Source: Planctomycetota bacterium
GTDB taxonomy: Bacteria > Planctomycetota > PLA2 > JAEUHO01
Reading direction: 5' to 3'
DNA length: 64,000 nt
NCBI GenBank assembly: GCA_050248855.1
Contig: JBFWRP010000006.1
Coordinates: forward strand, 32,001-96,000
This document shows, in pieces, positions 34,282-44,235 of this stretch (position 1 is its first letter; every line of letters starts with the position of its first letter). A model generated the notes under the pieces. It saw nothing but the letters and a program-made list of their open reading frames with translations, made no database searches and had not been told where the DNA came from. Made by a program: the position numbers and the translations under genes.

Positions 34282-35054
34282 CATCACGTGCTTGGTGCCT
34301 CCTGCTTGCGGTCTTCCTGGGCCTGATCCACACGTCGGGCGCCTCCTTCGCCGAGGAGCCGCCGCGCGAGGCCTGGACGGGCTCGTCGACGGTCGGCGAG
34401 GTCGTCGCCCGCCGACCCGCGACGGCCCGCATCTTCGAGCTGGTCGGAATCGACTACTGCTGTGGCGGGGAGACCACGCTGACGGCCGCCGCCGAGGCAG
34501 CGGGCGTTGATCCCGTGCGCCTCCTGGCCGCCCTGGCCGTCGTCGGGCAGGGTGCCTCGTCAACCGCCGAGTCCGACTGGACCCGGAAGTCCTCGCGCGA
34601 GATCGTGAAGCACATACTCGACACGCATCACGCCTTCCTCCGGCGCGAGCTCCCGCGGATCGCGCACATGGCGGCCCGTGCGGCGCGCGTCCACGGCGAG
34701 CAGCATCCCGAGATCCGGGAGATCGACACCGCCTTCCAAGCGCTCTCCCGCGAGCTCATGGACCATCTGGCTCTGGAGGAGGAGCACGTCTTCCCCGCGC
34801 TCCTCCGACTGGGGGAGGGCGTCCGCGCCGATGACGCGACCGCGGCCCGCCTGGCTACGCTCGACCAAGACCATGCGCGAGCCGGCGAGGTGCTGCACAA
34901 GCTGCGCAAGCTCGCGGCGGACTACGTCGCTCCGGAATGGGCCTGTCCGCTCGTGCGGGAGCTCTTCCGCGCCTTGCAGGCGTTCGAACAGGACATGCAC
35001 CGTCACGTGCATCTGGAGAACAGCGTGCTCCTGCCGCGCCATCTGCCTCGGTAG
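34278..35054 (+). CDS. ric: RIC/YtfE/ScdA di-iron protein with N-terminal signal peptide
   Basis: MTSRAWCLLLAVFLGLIHTSGASFA-EEPP leader, then GIDYCCGG, THHAFLR, HLALEE, DH and HVHLEN. Confidence 0.85.
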   Translation: MTSRAWCLLLAVFLGLIHTSGASFAEEPPREAWTGSSTVGEVVARRPATARIFELVGIDYCCGGETTLTAAAEAAGVDPVRLLAALAVVGQGASSTAESDWTRKSSREIVKHILDTHHAFLRRELPRIAHMAARAARVHGEQHPEIREIDTAFQALSRELMDHLALEEEHVFPALLRLGEGVRADDATAARLATLDQDHARAGEVLHKLRKLAADYVAPEWACPLVRELFRALQAFEQDMHRHVHLENSVLLPRHLPR

Positions 35055-35089
35055 CGGATGGGGATGCGGAGCAGGTCGTCGGAGGTCCC

Positions 35090-37453
35090 ATGGGCGCCCT
35101 TCGTTGGATCGATCAGCGCAGGCACTGGTGGAAGGTCTTCGTCGTCATCTGCGCCGTGAGCATCGCCGTCGTCGGCTACATCGGCTACAAGACCTATGAG
35201 TACGCGCCGCCCATCGCGGACTTCGTCGAGGCCACGGGTCGCGTCGTCGTGTCCAGGGAGGAGATCCTGGGCGGCCAGACGGTGTTCTTCCGCTACGCCT
35301 TGATGGACTACGGCAGCTTCCTGGGCGACGGGGGCATGCGGGGGCCGGACTTCACCGCGGAGGCTCTCGACCGCATGGCCCGGTGGATGACCGACGCCTA
35401 CGACGCCGCGTGGCGTGAGCGCATCCCCGACGAGACGCAGCGGGTGACCCTCGCCATCTCGCAGGTCCAGGAGGAGCTCAAGGAGAACCGCTACGACCGC
35501 GAGAGCGGTGTCGTGACGATCTCGCCGGCGCGAGCCGCGGCCTTCGAGAAGCTCGTCGTCTTCTACGCCCAGAAGTTCGGCACCGGTGGGAACCTGGCCG
35601 GGGAGGAAGTGTTCCACCCGCCGAGCTACATCACCGAGCCCGACGAGATCCGCCAGCTGGGCGCCTTCTTCTTCTGGGGCAGCTGGCTGTGCGCGGCTCG
35701 ACGTCCCGGGTTCGACTACAGCTACACGCACAACTGGCCCTACGACCCACGGGCAGGCAATACGCCGACCCCGGGCATCGTCCTCTGGAGCGTCGTCGGT
35801 GCGCTCGTCTTGGTCCTTTCGATGGGCGTCGTCTTCTACGTCTACGGCAAGGTCGATCGGGAAACCGTCTGGGAGGGGCAGGCCGCACGTGCGCCACCCC
35901 TGGCGACCGTCGAGCTGGTCGACGCGAACCGGCCAACGGCCACGCAACGGGCGACCTGGAAGTACTTCGCCGTGGCGGCCGCCCTCTTCGTGGTGCAGGT
36001 CTTCGCAGGCCTCGCCGCCATCAGCGACTTCACCGGGTCCTTCAAGTCGATCGGCCTGCCCGTGGACCATGTGCTGCCCGTGACCATCACGCGCGCATGG
36101 CACTCCCAGCTGTCCGTCCTGTGGATCGCCGTCTGCTGGTTCGCGGCCTCGATCTGGGTGATGCCGCTGATCAGTCACCCGGAGCCACGACATCAGCTGG
36201 CCTGGGTGAACGGCCTGTTCTGGATGCTTGTGGTCGTGGCCGCCGGGACGCTGATCGGCATTCCACTGGGCGTCCACGATCTGCTCGGAGATGCGTGGCG
36301 CTGGCTGGGGCTGCAGGGCTGGGAGTACGTCCAGATGGGTCGTGCGTTCCAGTTCGTGCTGTACGCGGCGTTCGTGGTGTGGCTCGTCATCGTCGTTCGC
36401 GGTCTGTGGCCCGTGCTGCGGCAACGTGCAACCTGGTCCCTGCCCAACTGGATGGTGTATTCGATCTGCGGGATCATCTTCATGTTCTCCGCGGGCTTCG
36501 TCGCCGGCCCGGAGACGAACTTCGTGATCGCCGATTTCTGGCGTTGGTGCACGATCCACATGTGGGTCGAGGCCTTCTTCGAGCTCTTCACCACGATACT
36601 CGTCGCCTACTTCATGTACCTGATGGGCTTCGTCAACCACGCGGTCGCTTCGCGCGTCGTGTACTTGGCGGCCATCCTCTTCCTGGGCTCGGGCCTGATC
36701 GGCATCAGCCACAACTTCTACTGGAACGCGAAGTCCATCGAGACGCTCGCACTCGGCAGCACCCTCTCGACCCTGCAGATCGTTCCGCTGATCCTCCTGA
36801 CCGTGGAGGCCTGGCGCTTCCGGCACATGCCGCAGAGCACGCTGGCACGGCTTGCGATGCGAAACGGTGTTGCCGCGTCCTTCGGCCTGCCCGAGGCGTT
36901 CCTGTTCCTGGTGGGCGTGAACTTCTGGAACTTCCTCGGGGCTGGCGTTCTGGGCTTCACGATCAACCTGCCGATCGTCAACTACTATCAGCATGGGACC
37001 TATCTCACGGCCAATCACGGGCACGCGGCCCTCTTCGGCGTGTACGGGAACCTGGCGATTGCCGCCACGCTCTTCTGCGGACGCTGGCTCGTCGATCCCG
37101 CGCACTGGAACCGCCGCCTGCTGCGCACGGCGTTCTGGTCCCTCAACATCGGGTTGCTCCTGATGGTCGTGCTGGATCTCTTCCCAGTGGGCGTCGACCA
37201 GCTTCTCGCGTCCATGACCCACGGCTACGCCTACGCCCGATCGCAGGCCTACGTCGCGAGTCCGACCTTCCAGATCTACACGTGGTTGCGAGCCGTGGGC
37301 GTGACGATTTTCGTGCTCGGCGGGGTGCTGCCCCTGGCCTGGTTCGTCGTGACGCGTGGACGCGCCCTCAAGGCCGCGCGCGCTCCCGGCGAGACCCACG
37401 CGGTGCCCGCGACCGTCTTGGCGACCGTCGGCACACCGCGTGGCGGAAGGTAG
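35090..37453 (+). CDS. qNor-family heme-copper oxidase superfamily protein with nitric oxide dismutase (Nod)-type substitutions
   Basis: qNor motifs GPDFTAEAL, SYTHNWPYD, RAWH, HMWVEAFFE, NLPIVNYY and NHGHAALFG, but GISHNFYW (HH to HN), STLQIVP (E to Q) and altered quinol-site positions (AAISDF; WLRAVGV). Confidence 0.9.
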   Translation: MGALRWIDQRRHWWKVFVVICAVSIAVVGYIGYKTYEYAPPIADFVEATGRVVVSREEILGGQTVFFRYALMDYGSFLGDGGMRGPDFTAEALDRMARWMTDAYDAAWRERIPDETQRVTLAISQVQEELKENRYDRESGVVTISPARAAAFEKLVVFYAQKFGTGGNLAGEEVFHPPSYITEPDEIRQLGAFFFWGSWLCAARRPGFDYSYTHNWPYDPRAGNTPTPGIVLWSVVGALVLVLSMGVVFYVYGKVDRETVWEGQAARAPPLATVELVDANRPTATQRATWKYFAVAAALFVVQVFAGLAAISDFTGSFKSIGLPVDHVLPVTITRAWHSQLSVLWIAVCWFAASIWVMPLISHPEPRHQLAWVNGLFWMLVVVAAGTLIGIPLGVHDLLGDAWRWLGLQGWEYVQMGRAFQFVLYAAFVVWLVIVVRGLWPVLRQRATWSLPNWMVYSICGIIFMFSAGFVAGPETNFVIADFWRWCTIHMWVEAFFELFTTILVAYFMYLMGFVNHAVASRVVYLAAILFLGSGLIGISHNFYWNAKSIETLALGSTLSTLQIVPLILLTVEAWRFRHMPQSTLARLAMRNGVAASFGLPEAFLFLVGVNFWNFLGAGVLGFTINLPIVNYYQHGTYLTANHGHAALFGVYGNLAIAATLFCGRWLVDPAHWNRRLLRTAFWSLNIGLLLMVVLDLFPVGVDQLLASMTHGYAYARSQAYVASPTFQIYTWLRAVGVTIFVLGGVLPLAWFVVTRGRALKAARAPGETHAVPATVLATVGTPRGGR

Positions 37454-37539
37454 GTGGACATGCACGGGAGCTGGCGCGAGTACGCTTCGGGTTGGACTTC
37501 GACGGGGTGCGGCCAGGGGCGGCGGCGGAGGAAGCCGTG

Positions 37540-38004
37540 ATGAAGCTCAAACGGATGCTCAAGCGCGCGTTCTGGGGTGGCATCGTGCTGCTGGGTTTGA
37601 TCCAGCTCGTGCCCTACGGTCGCGAGCACACGAATCCCGCCGTGCGCTCGGAGCCCGCGTGGAGCAGCCCGCGCGTTCGCGAGCTGGCCAAGCGCGCTTG
37701 CTTCGACTGCCACAGCAACGAGACCTCGTGGCCGTGGTACTCGCACGTGGCGCCCATGTCATGGCTGGTCCAGCACGATGTCGACGACGGGCGGAAGCAC
37801 CTGAACTTCTCGGAGTTCGATGGACCGCAGCGGCATGCGGACGACTGCGCCGAGCAGGTCGAGGCGGGAAGCATGCCACCCTGGTTCTACCTGCCGACGC
37901 ATCCGGAGGCCCGGTTGAGCGACGCCGAGAGGGAGGTGCTGATCACGGGCTTCCGCCTCATGTTCCCCAAAGGCCGCAGCCGCGGTGATCGCGACGACGA
38001 CTGA
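37540..38004 (+). CDS. Monoheme cytochrome c (Haem_bd-type)
   Basis: N-terminal TM; RACFDCHSNET, WPWYSHVAPMSW, LNFSEF and MPP. Confidence 0.88.
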   Translation: MKLKRMLKRAFWGGIVLLGLIQLVPYGREHTNPAVRSEPAWSSPRVRELAKRACFDCHSNETSWPWYSHVAPMSWLVQHDVDDGRKHLNFSEFDGPQRHADDCAEQVEAGSMPPWFYLPTHPEARLSDAEREVLITGFRLMFPKGRSRGDRDDD

Positions 38005-38058
38005 CGGGAGCCGCGGCCGTGCCTACCTCCTGCGCCGGCGGGCGGCGGCACGGGGGCT

Positions 38059-39123
38059 TCAGGGGATCATGACCGGACGGCGTTTGAGGCGGTGTTGGTG
38101 CAGCGCCTCGAACGTCTCGTTCAGCTCGGCCATCGGCCGTGCCTCGATGAAGGGCGCCAGCTGGACGCGCCCGCCCAGCACGTGCTCCACCACCGCGGGG
38201 TAGTGCTCGGGGAGGCAGCCCCACGTGCCGCGGGCCGTCGCGTCGAACGCCATCAGGTTGCTGAGGCGGATGCTGACCTTCTCGCGCGTGTAGCCCACGA
38301 CGGCCAGGTGGGCGTCGTAGCCCAGGAGCTCGTACGCGAGCTCCTGGCCCGCGGGATGGCCGGATGTCTCGAAGATCTTCCAGCCGGTGGGGGGCAGTCC
38401 TTGCCCCTTGGCCCACTCACGCACCTGCTTCTTGACAGCGCGGATGTCTCCCGTCGAGTGGATCGTGAGGTCGGCGCCGTGGTCGGCGAGGACCGCCAAG
38501 CGCGCGGCATCGACGTCGATGGCGACGACGTGCGCGCCGAGCACATGGGCGAGCTGCACGCCAAAGGTGCCGACGCCACCGGCGCCGACGAAGACGGCCA
38601 GGTCTCCGGCTGCCAAACCGGCGTTGAGGATGGCTTGGTAGGCCGTTGTGACGGCGTCGGCCAAGACGGCCAGCGAGGCGAGGCCGACGCCGGACTTGGC
38701 CAGCGCGTCCTCGTCGATCCGGCAGAGCCCCTGGCTCGGCACGACGACGTGGCTTGCGAACCCGCCGTGATCATCGTTCCCCGGGAAGAACTGCGCGGCA
38801 CACACGGCACCCCGGCCCCGCCGGCAGGCGTCGCATGCGCCGCACGGCAGCACGGCCGGGACCACGACTGCGGCCCCGAGCAGGGACTCGGCCCCTTTGC
38901 CCGCAGCCACGACCCGCCCCGAGATCTCGTGACCGAGTGTGAGGGGAAGCTCGTGCCGGGGCCGGACGCCGTCGTAGAGGAAGCCGAGATCCGTGTGGCA
39001 CACGCCGCACCCCGCGACGTCGACCAGGACGCGCCCCGGGGCCAGCGTGGAAGGATCGAGCTCGATCGTCGAGCACTCCATGGGTTGGTTGGGACCCGTC
39101 ATCTGCCAGCGCGTGAGCTCCAT
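38059..39123 (-). CDS. had: 6-hydroxycyclohex-1-ene-1-carbonyl-CoA dehydrogenase (Zn-dependent)
   Basis: GCGVCHTD, LGHE, CGACDAC, WKIFETSGHPAGQ and RLSNLMAFDA; benzoyl-CoA pathway context. Confidence 0.88.
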   Translation of the reverse strand: MELTRWQMTGPNQPMECSTIELDPSTLAPGRVLVDVAGCGVCHTDLGFLYDGVRPRHELPLTLGHEISGRVVAAGKGAESLLGAAVVVPAVLPCGACDACRRGRGAVCAAQFFPGNDDHGGFASHVVVPSQGLCRIDEDALAKSGVGLASLAVLADAVTTAYQAILNAGLAAGDLAVFVGAGGVGTFGVQLAHVLGAHVVAIDVDAARLAVLADHGADLTIHSTGDIRAVKKQVREWAKGQGLPPTGWKIFETSGHPAGQELAYELLGYDAHLAVVGYTREKVSIRLSNLMAFDATARGTWGCLPEHYPAVVEHVLGGRVQLAPFIEARPMAELNETFEALHQHRLKRRPVMIP

Positions 39124-39155
39124 GGTTCCGTTGCCCTCCCGTTCTGTCCCCACGT

Positions 39156-40010
39156 CTAGGGGACGCCGTTTCGCCTAAGGCCCTTGAGCACGAGCTCCAC
39201 GACCTGATCCACGGATCGCTGCGATGTCTGGACCACGAGATCCGCCTGGCCGTAGAGCGCATCGCGCTCCCGCACGAGGCGGCGCAGCTCCTCCATGGCG
39301 TTCTCGCGGCCTTCGATGGGTCGCGTATCGCCCTGCTCGAACACGCGCCGCCAGTAGTCCTCGGGCTCGGCGCGCAGCCAGACCGTGAAGCACATCGCGC
39401 GGAGCAGCGTCATCGCGCTGTCGTTGCCGACGACGCCGCCGGGCAGCGCCAGAACGCAAGCGAGGCCATCGGTGACGACTTCGGCGAGACAGCGGCTCTC
39501 CAGCTGCCGGAAGTACGGCTCGCCGTGGAACGCGAACAAGTCCGCGCGCGACATGCCGGCAGCCGCTTCGATGCGCTCATCCAGCTCGACGAACGGGAGC
39601 TCGAGCTCGTGGGCCACGCGCTCGCCGACGACGCTCTTGCCAGCGCCGCGAACTCCCAGCAGCGCCACCACGCCGGGACGACCGCGTCCGAGCAAGACCT
39701 CGAGCGCCCGACGCGCGTGAGCGAGCTCGTCGTCGGAGCGCCCGTCCAGGAGCCGGTCGATGGCCTCGCGCTCGGCAGACGGGCGCACCTCGCGCACGAG
39801 CTCGGCGAGGGGCACGTCCAGCGCTGCCGCGATGCCCGCGAGCCGCCCCACGGCGATGTTGCCACTGCCGCTCTCCACGTCCGCCACGAAGCGCGGGCTC
39901 AGGCCGGCCATCTCGGCGAGCTGCTTCATGGACAGGTCCAGCGCCTGGCGGCGGCGTCGCACGCGGCCGCCGATTCGGGTGAGGACCGCGGTCGGGTCGG
40001 CGTGGGGCAT
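39156..40010 (-). CDS. bzdR: BzdR/BoxR-family regulator (XRE HTH plus shikimate-kinase-like benzoyl-CoA sensor)
   Basis: XRE HTH (LAEMAGLSPRFVADVESGSGN) followed by ALLGVRGAGKS...QGDTRP. Confidence 0.88.
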   Translation of the reverse strand: MPHADPTAVLTRIGGRVRRRRQALDLSMKQLAEMAGLSPRFVADVESGSGNIAVGRLAGIAAALDVPLAELVREVRPSAEREAIDRLLDGRSDDELAHARRALEVLLGRGRPGVVALLGVRGAGKSVVGERVAHELELPFVELDERIEAAAGMSRADLFAFHGEPYFRQLESRCLAEVVTDGLACVLALPGGVVGNDSAMTLLRAMCFTVWLRAEPEDYWRRVFEQGDTRPIEGRENAMEELRRLVRERDALYGQADLVVQTSQRSVDQVVELVLKGLRRNGVP

Positions 40011-40031
40011 CCGGGCTCCTCCGTGCGCAAG

Positions 40032-40047
40032 ATGAACTATAATGCAT
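40032..40047. promoter_or_regulatory. BzdR/BoxR-type operator in the divergent bzdR/bcr promoter region
   Basis: Imperfect palindrome ATGAACTATAATGCAT; a TTGCAT-17 nt-TAGGCT promoter-like element at 40062-40090 points toward bcrC. Confidence 0.65.
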
Positions 40048-40117
40048 ATTGTCAAATCGTGTTGCATTTTCTTGCCGAAGGCCTTAGGCTCCCGGGACAG
40101 CGCAGCGAGGAGGCCGG

Positions 40118-41290
40118 ATGACGCACTCGGCGCACATGCTGGGTCCCTGGCAGAAGCAGTCCCTGGAGGACGTCCTTCGCCTCTGCCGCGACACGATCGA
40201 GGAGGCCGACTTCTCGGCGGTCGATCGGTGGCGCGCCGCGGGCGGGAAGGTGGCCGGCCACTTCCAGGTCTACTTCCCGTGCGAGCTGGCCCACGCCGCC
40301 GGGATGTTGCCCGTCAAGGTGCGCGGCGCGCCCCTCGAGCCAACGGGCTCGGAGTCCCGCTTCGGCTCCTACCTCTGCTCCATCATCAAGACGTCGCTCG
40401 AGCTGGCCCTGAGCGGCAAGCTCCACCTGGATGCGTTCTTCTCGCATCCGATCTGCGACGCCGCGCGCAACCTCGCCGCCATCTGGGGTCGCAACTTCGA
40501 CTACCCGGCCCAGATCGTCTACCTGCCACAGAACGCGAACTCTGCCGGATCCGCTGCGTATCTGGCCCACGAGTACCGGCGCGTCGCGCGCCTCCTGGGA
40601 GAGATCTCCGGGATCGAGGTCACCGACGAGCGCCTGCGATCCTCGATCCGTCTCTACAACCGCAGTCGCGCTCTCGTGCGGGAGCTCTACGACATCAAGC
40701 GCGACACGCCGTGGAAGGTCAGCGCGGAGGACGGCTACGCGCTCGTCGCGGTGGGCGGGCTGATCCCCGTCGAAGAGCACATCCAGCTGCTCGAGACCGT
40801 GCTCCCGGCCCTGCAGGCGCGCGAGGCCAGCCCCGAGGATCGCGTGCGGGTCGTGTTCGAAGGCGCGTTCTGCGAGCAGCCGCCCTTGGACCTGATCCGA
40901 CTCGTCGGGCGGTCTTGCTACGTCGTGGACGACGATTTCCTGATCGGGCTGCGTTGGATGACGGAGGACGTGCCGACGGACGGGTCGCCGTTTGACGATC
41001 TCGCCGAGTCGTACCTCGAGCGATCCAGCTACAGCCCCGTGCAGCACGACAACCGCAAGCCCAAGGAGAAGATGCTGCTCGACCGTGTGCGACGGGCCCG
41101 CGCCGAAGCGGTCGTCCTCACCGCCGCCAAGATGTGCGAGCCGGGCCTCGAGGAGCAGGTGGCCTACGTGAAGGCCCTCGACAAGGAGCGGGTCCGGTAC
41201 TTCCTCAGCGAGTTCGAGGAGAACGCAACGAGCTTCGGGGCCTTGGAGCTCCAAGTGGAGACGTTCGTCGAGAGCCTGCTCTTCAGCTGA
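40118..41290 (+). CDS. bcrC: Class I benzoyl-CoA reductase subunit C (2-hydroxyacyl-CoA dehydratase family)
   Basis: SYLCSI, PICDAARNL, GAFCEQPPL, VDDD and KMCEPGL; cluster context. Confidence 0.85.
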   Translation: MTHSAHMLGPWQKQSLEDVLRLCRDTIEEADFSAVDRWRAAGGKVAGHFQVYFPCELAHAAGMLPVKVRGAPLEPTGSESRFGSYLCSIIKTSLELALSGKLHLDAFFSHPICDAARNLAAIWGRNFDYPAQIVYLPQNANSAGSAAYLAHEYRRVARLLGEISGIEVTDERLRSSIRLYNRSRALVRELYDIKRDTPWKVSAEDGYALVAVGGLIPVEEHIQLLETVLPALQAREASPEDRVRVVFEGAFCEQPPLDLIRLVGRSCYVVDDDFLIGLRWMTEDVPTDGSPFDDLAESYLERSSYSPVQHDNRKPKEKMLLDRVRRARAEAVVLTAAKMCEPGLEEQVAYVKALDKERVRYFLSEFEENATSFGALELQVETFVESLLFS

Positions 41291-41309
41291 GCCGGGAAGG
41301 GATGGACGC

Positions 41310-42602
41310 ATGGAAACGACGGAATCGATCGTAGGCCGAGGCAACCGCGACGGAGCCCGCCTCTTCCGGGAGTGGTTCGACGACCTGCGCCAGGCCGCCG
41401 AGCGCGATGAGCGCGCCGCCTACGTGTTCGTCATGGGGAGCCTCAACGAGCTCCTCACGTCCTTCGACATGCGCGTGACGTTCCCCGAGATCACGTCGCT
41501 GCAGCTGGCCGTGCGACGTGAGGCGCATGAGTACCTGCAAGTCGCCGAGGACCACGGCTACTCGCCCGACATCTGCGGCTACGTCAAGGCGGACGTGGCC
41601 GTGCAGCTCATGAACGGCGAGCACCCGATGGGCCGCATCCCGAAGCCCTCGATGGCGGTCTACACGAACGCCTGCAACACGTACGTCAAGTGGGCCGAGA
41701 TCTGGGAGCGCATGTACGGCATTCCCATCTTCACGCTCGACGTGCCGGGGCACCGCCAGCTGGGCGTCCATACGCGCCCCGGGGACGAAGCCTTCGAGTC
41801 CGATCGACGGTATGTCGAGACGCAGATCCGTGAGCTGATTCCGCTTTGCGAGAGGGTCACGGGGCACCGCTTCGACATCGATCGTCTCCGCGAGTCGATG
41901 GGCCAAGCCAACACCATGAGCCGCGCGTGGACCCGCATCCTCGAGCTCAATGCGGCCCATCCCTCGGTCTTCAACGCGCTGACCGACGGCACCATCTACC
42001 TCGGCGTGGCCAATGCCCTGCGCGGAACGCCTCAAGGGGCCCGCTACTTCGAAGACCTCGTGGAGGAGATGGAGACGAAGGCCGCCAGCGGGATCGGCAC
42101 GTTGACGGACGAGAAGCACCGCCTCGCCTTCGTGGGCGTGCCTTGCTACCCGATCTTCCGCCGCTTCAACGAGCTGTTCAGCGAGTGGGGAGGCACGTTC
42201 GTGATCTCCACCTACCTCTGGTTCGCGTCGGGGGGATCCAACCGCGGCTACGAGTACGACCTGTCCGACCCCCTGCGCAGCCTCTCCGAGGGCTTGCTGC
42301 TGGGCGTCCGCGACGCGATGGACTCGATGTTCGACCAGACCACGATGATCCGCGACTCCATCGACCGGTTCGGCATCGATGGGGTGGTGTACCACCCGAT
42401 CAAGAGCTGCCGCACGGTCTCGACGGGTCTGGCGGACAGCCGCCGCGCGCTGCTCAAGGACCGTGACATCGCCACCTTGTTCATCGAGAGCGACATGATG
42501 GATCGGCGCGTGGTGTCCGAGGCGCAGCTGAAGAACCGCATCGATGCCTTCTTCGAGGGACTGATCTCGCGCAAGCGGCACGTGGGCGTAGGAGACCTCT
42601 GA
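41310..42602 (+). CDS. bcrB: Class I benzoyl-CoA reductase subunit B
   Basis: [34 protein letters not shown] and LKNRIDAF. Confidence 0.85.
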   Translation: METTESIVGRGNRDGARLFREWFDDLRQAAERDERAAYVFVMGSLNELLTSFDMRVTFPEITSLQLAVRREAHEYLQVAEDHGYSPDICGYVKADVAVQLMNGEHPMGRIPKPSMAVYTNACNTYVKWAEIWERMYGIPIFTLDVPGHRQLGVHTRPGDEAFESDRRYVETQIRELIPLCERVTGHRFDIDRLRESMGQANTMSRAWTRILELNAAHPSVFNALTDGTIYLGVANALRGTPQGARYFEDLVEEMETKAASGIGTLTDEKHRLAFVGVPCYPIFRRFNELFSEWGGTFVISTYLWFASGGSNRGYEYDLSDPLRSLSEGLLLGVRDAMDSMFDQTTMIRDSIDRFGIDGVVYHPIKSCRTVSTGLADSRRALLKDRDIATLFIESDMMDRRVVSEAQLKNRIDAFFEGLISRKRHVGVGDL

Positions 42603-43429
42603 TGGCGTACGCAGCTGGCGTGGATGTCGGGTCGACGCAAACCAAGGCGGCGATCGTGGACGAGAGGGGTCGCATCGTGGCGCGGAGTCTCACCGAGACG
42701 GGCGCCAACGTCGTGCAGGCGGCCGAGAGCGCGTTCCGGATGGCACTGGACGATGGGGACCTGCGGGAGGAAGAGGTCGAGTACGTGATCGGCACCGGCT
42801 ACGGCAGATATCGCGTGACGTTCGGAAACGACCAGGTCACCGAGATCAGCTGTCACGCGCGAGGCGCGGTGCACGCTTTCCCCGGCACGCGAACCGTCGT
42901 GGACATGGGGGGGCAGGACACGAAGGCCATTCGCGTGGCGCCGACCGGAGAGGTGCTGGACTTCTGCATGAACGACAAGTGCGCAGCGGGGACCGGGCGG
43001 TTCCTGGGCGCTGCCGCGGCGGCCTTGGGCATTCCCCTCTCCGAGCTGGGCGCCAAGGCCCTCGAGTCGACGCGGCCCGTGAAGATCAGCACCACCTGTA
43101 CGGTGTTCGCCGAGTCCGAGGTCCTCTCGTGGCTGGGCAAGGGCAAGAAGATCGAGGACATCCTCTGGGGTGTCCACACCTCCATCGCCCTGCGCTCCGC
43201 GGGGTTGATGCAGCGGGTCGGCATCGACGACGAAGTCACGTTTACCGGGGGCGTTTCCCGCAACCCCGCAGTCGTCGAGGCACTCGAGCAGAAGATCCAC
43301 AAGAAGCTGAACGTCAGCGAGGAGTGTCACTACCTGGGTGCAGTCGGCGCGGCCCTGTTCGCCCTGGACCACATCCTCGCGAGTCGTGCAGGCCGCGCAG
43401 ATCGCGCGGCGGAGGGGGTGCAGGGATGA
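42602..43429 (+). CDS. bcrA: Benzoyl-CoA reductase ATP-dependent activator subunit (ASKHA; short BcrA/BzdQ-like)
   Basis: [41 protein letters not shown] and CTVFAESEV. Symbol assigned from gene order only. Confidence 0.75.
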   Translation: MAYAAGVDVGSTQTKAAIVDERGRIVARSLTETGANVVQAAESAFRMALDDGDLREEEVEYVIGTGYGRYRVTFGNDQVTEISCHARGAVHAFPGTRTVVDMGGQDTKAIRVAPTGEVLDFCMNDKCAAGTGRFLGAAAAALGIPLSELGAKALESTRPVKISTTCTVFAESEVLSWLGKGKKIEDILWGVHTSIALRSAGLMQRVGIDDEVTFTGGVSRNPAVVEALEQKIHKKLNVSEECHYLGAVGAALFALDHILASRAGRADRAAEGVQG

Positions 43430-44235
43430 TCACCGCCGGCATCGACGTGGGCTCGACGTACACCAAGGGCATCTTGCTGGGTGAGCACGGGGAGCTTCTG
43501 GCACGCAGGGTCAAGCCTACGGGCTTCCGTCTCGCCGAGGTCGCCAAGCAGGTGCTGGGCGAGTGCCTGGAGGAGGCACGTCTGCGCCGCAAGGACTGCT
43601 CCTATGTGGTCGCCACGGGCATTGGCCGTCACCAGGTGGAGTTCAAGGACGTGGCCGTCACGGACCTCACGGCAGCGGCGCGAGGCGCGCACCACCAGTT
43701 CCCCGGAACGCGCACCGTCCTCGACATCGGTGGCCAGACCATGAAGGCCAGTCGCCTTGACGAGAGCGGGGCCGTGATCGCCTTCCGCGTCAACGACAAG
43801 TGTGCTGCCGGCACGGGGGCCTTCCTCGAGAAGACGGCGCGCTACATGGGTTTCAGCACGGACGAGATCGGCCCCTTGCTCACGACGTCGCGCGAGGCGG
43901 TCACGATCTCGGGGGTGTGCGCCGTGTTCGCCGAGTCCGAGGTCATCAACCACCTGTCGCTCGGCACGCCTCCGGGCGACGTGATGCAGGGCGCCATCGA
44001 GTCCCTGACGACGCGCTCCGTGCAGCTGATGAAGCGCGCCGGCGCGGAGCCCGAGTTCACGCTCGTGGGCGGGATCCTGAAGTTCGACACCATGGCACGT
44101 ACCGTGGAACGGAGCCTCGAGCACGCCGTGAACGTCCCGGCCGATGGCATGTGCCAGCTCACGGCCGCCTTGGGGGCCGCGCTGCTCGGACAGCAGCGTG
44201 TGACCCGCCTACAGACGACGGAGCGTGCGGGGTGA
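43426..44235 (+). CDS. bcrD: Benzoyl-CoA reductase ATP-dependent activator subunit (ASKHA; BcrD/BzdP-like)
   Basis: [25 protein letters not shown] and [11 protein letters not shown]. Symbol assigned from gene order only. Confidence 0.75.
   Translation: MITAGIDVGSTYTKGILLGEHGELLARRVKPTGFRLAEVAKQVLGECLEEARLRRKDCSYVVATGIGRHQVEFKDVAVTDLTAAARGAHHQFPGTRTVLDIGGQTMKASRLDESGAVIAFRVNDKCAAGTGAFLEKTARYMGFSTDEIGPLLTTSREAVTISGVCAVFAESEVINHLSLGTPPGDVMQGAIESLTTRSVQLMKRAGAEPEFTLVGGILKFDTMARTVERSLEHAVNVPADGMCQLTAALGAALLGQQRVTRLQTTERAG

Noticed and set aside
37460..37540. 26-codon ORF between the nod-like gene and the cytochrome c gene
   Set aside because: No motif or other support for coding.
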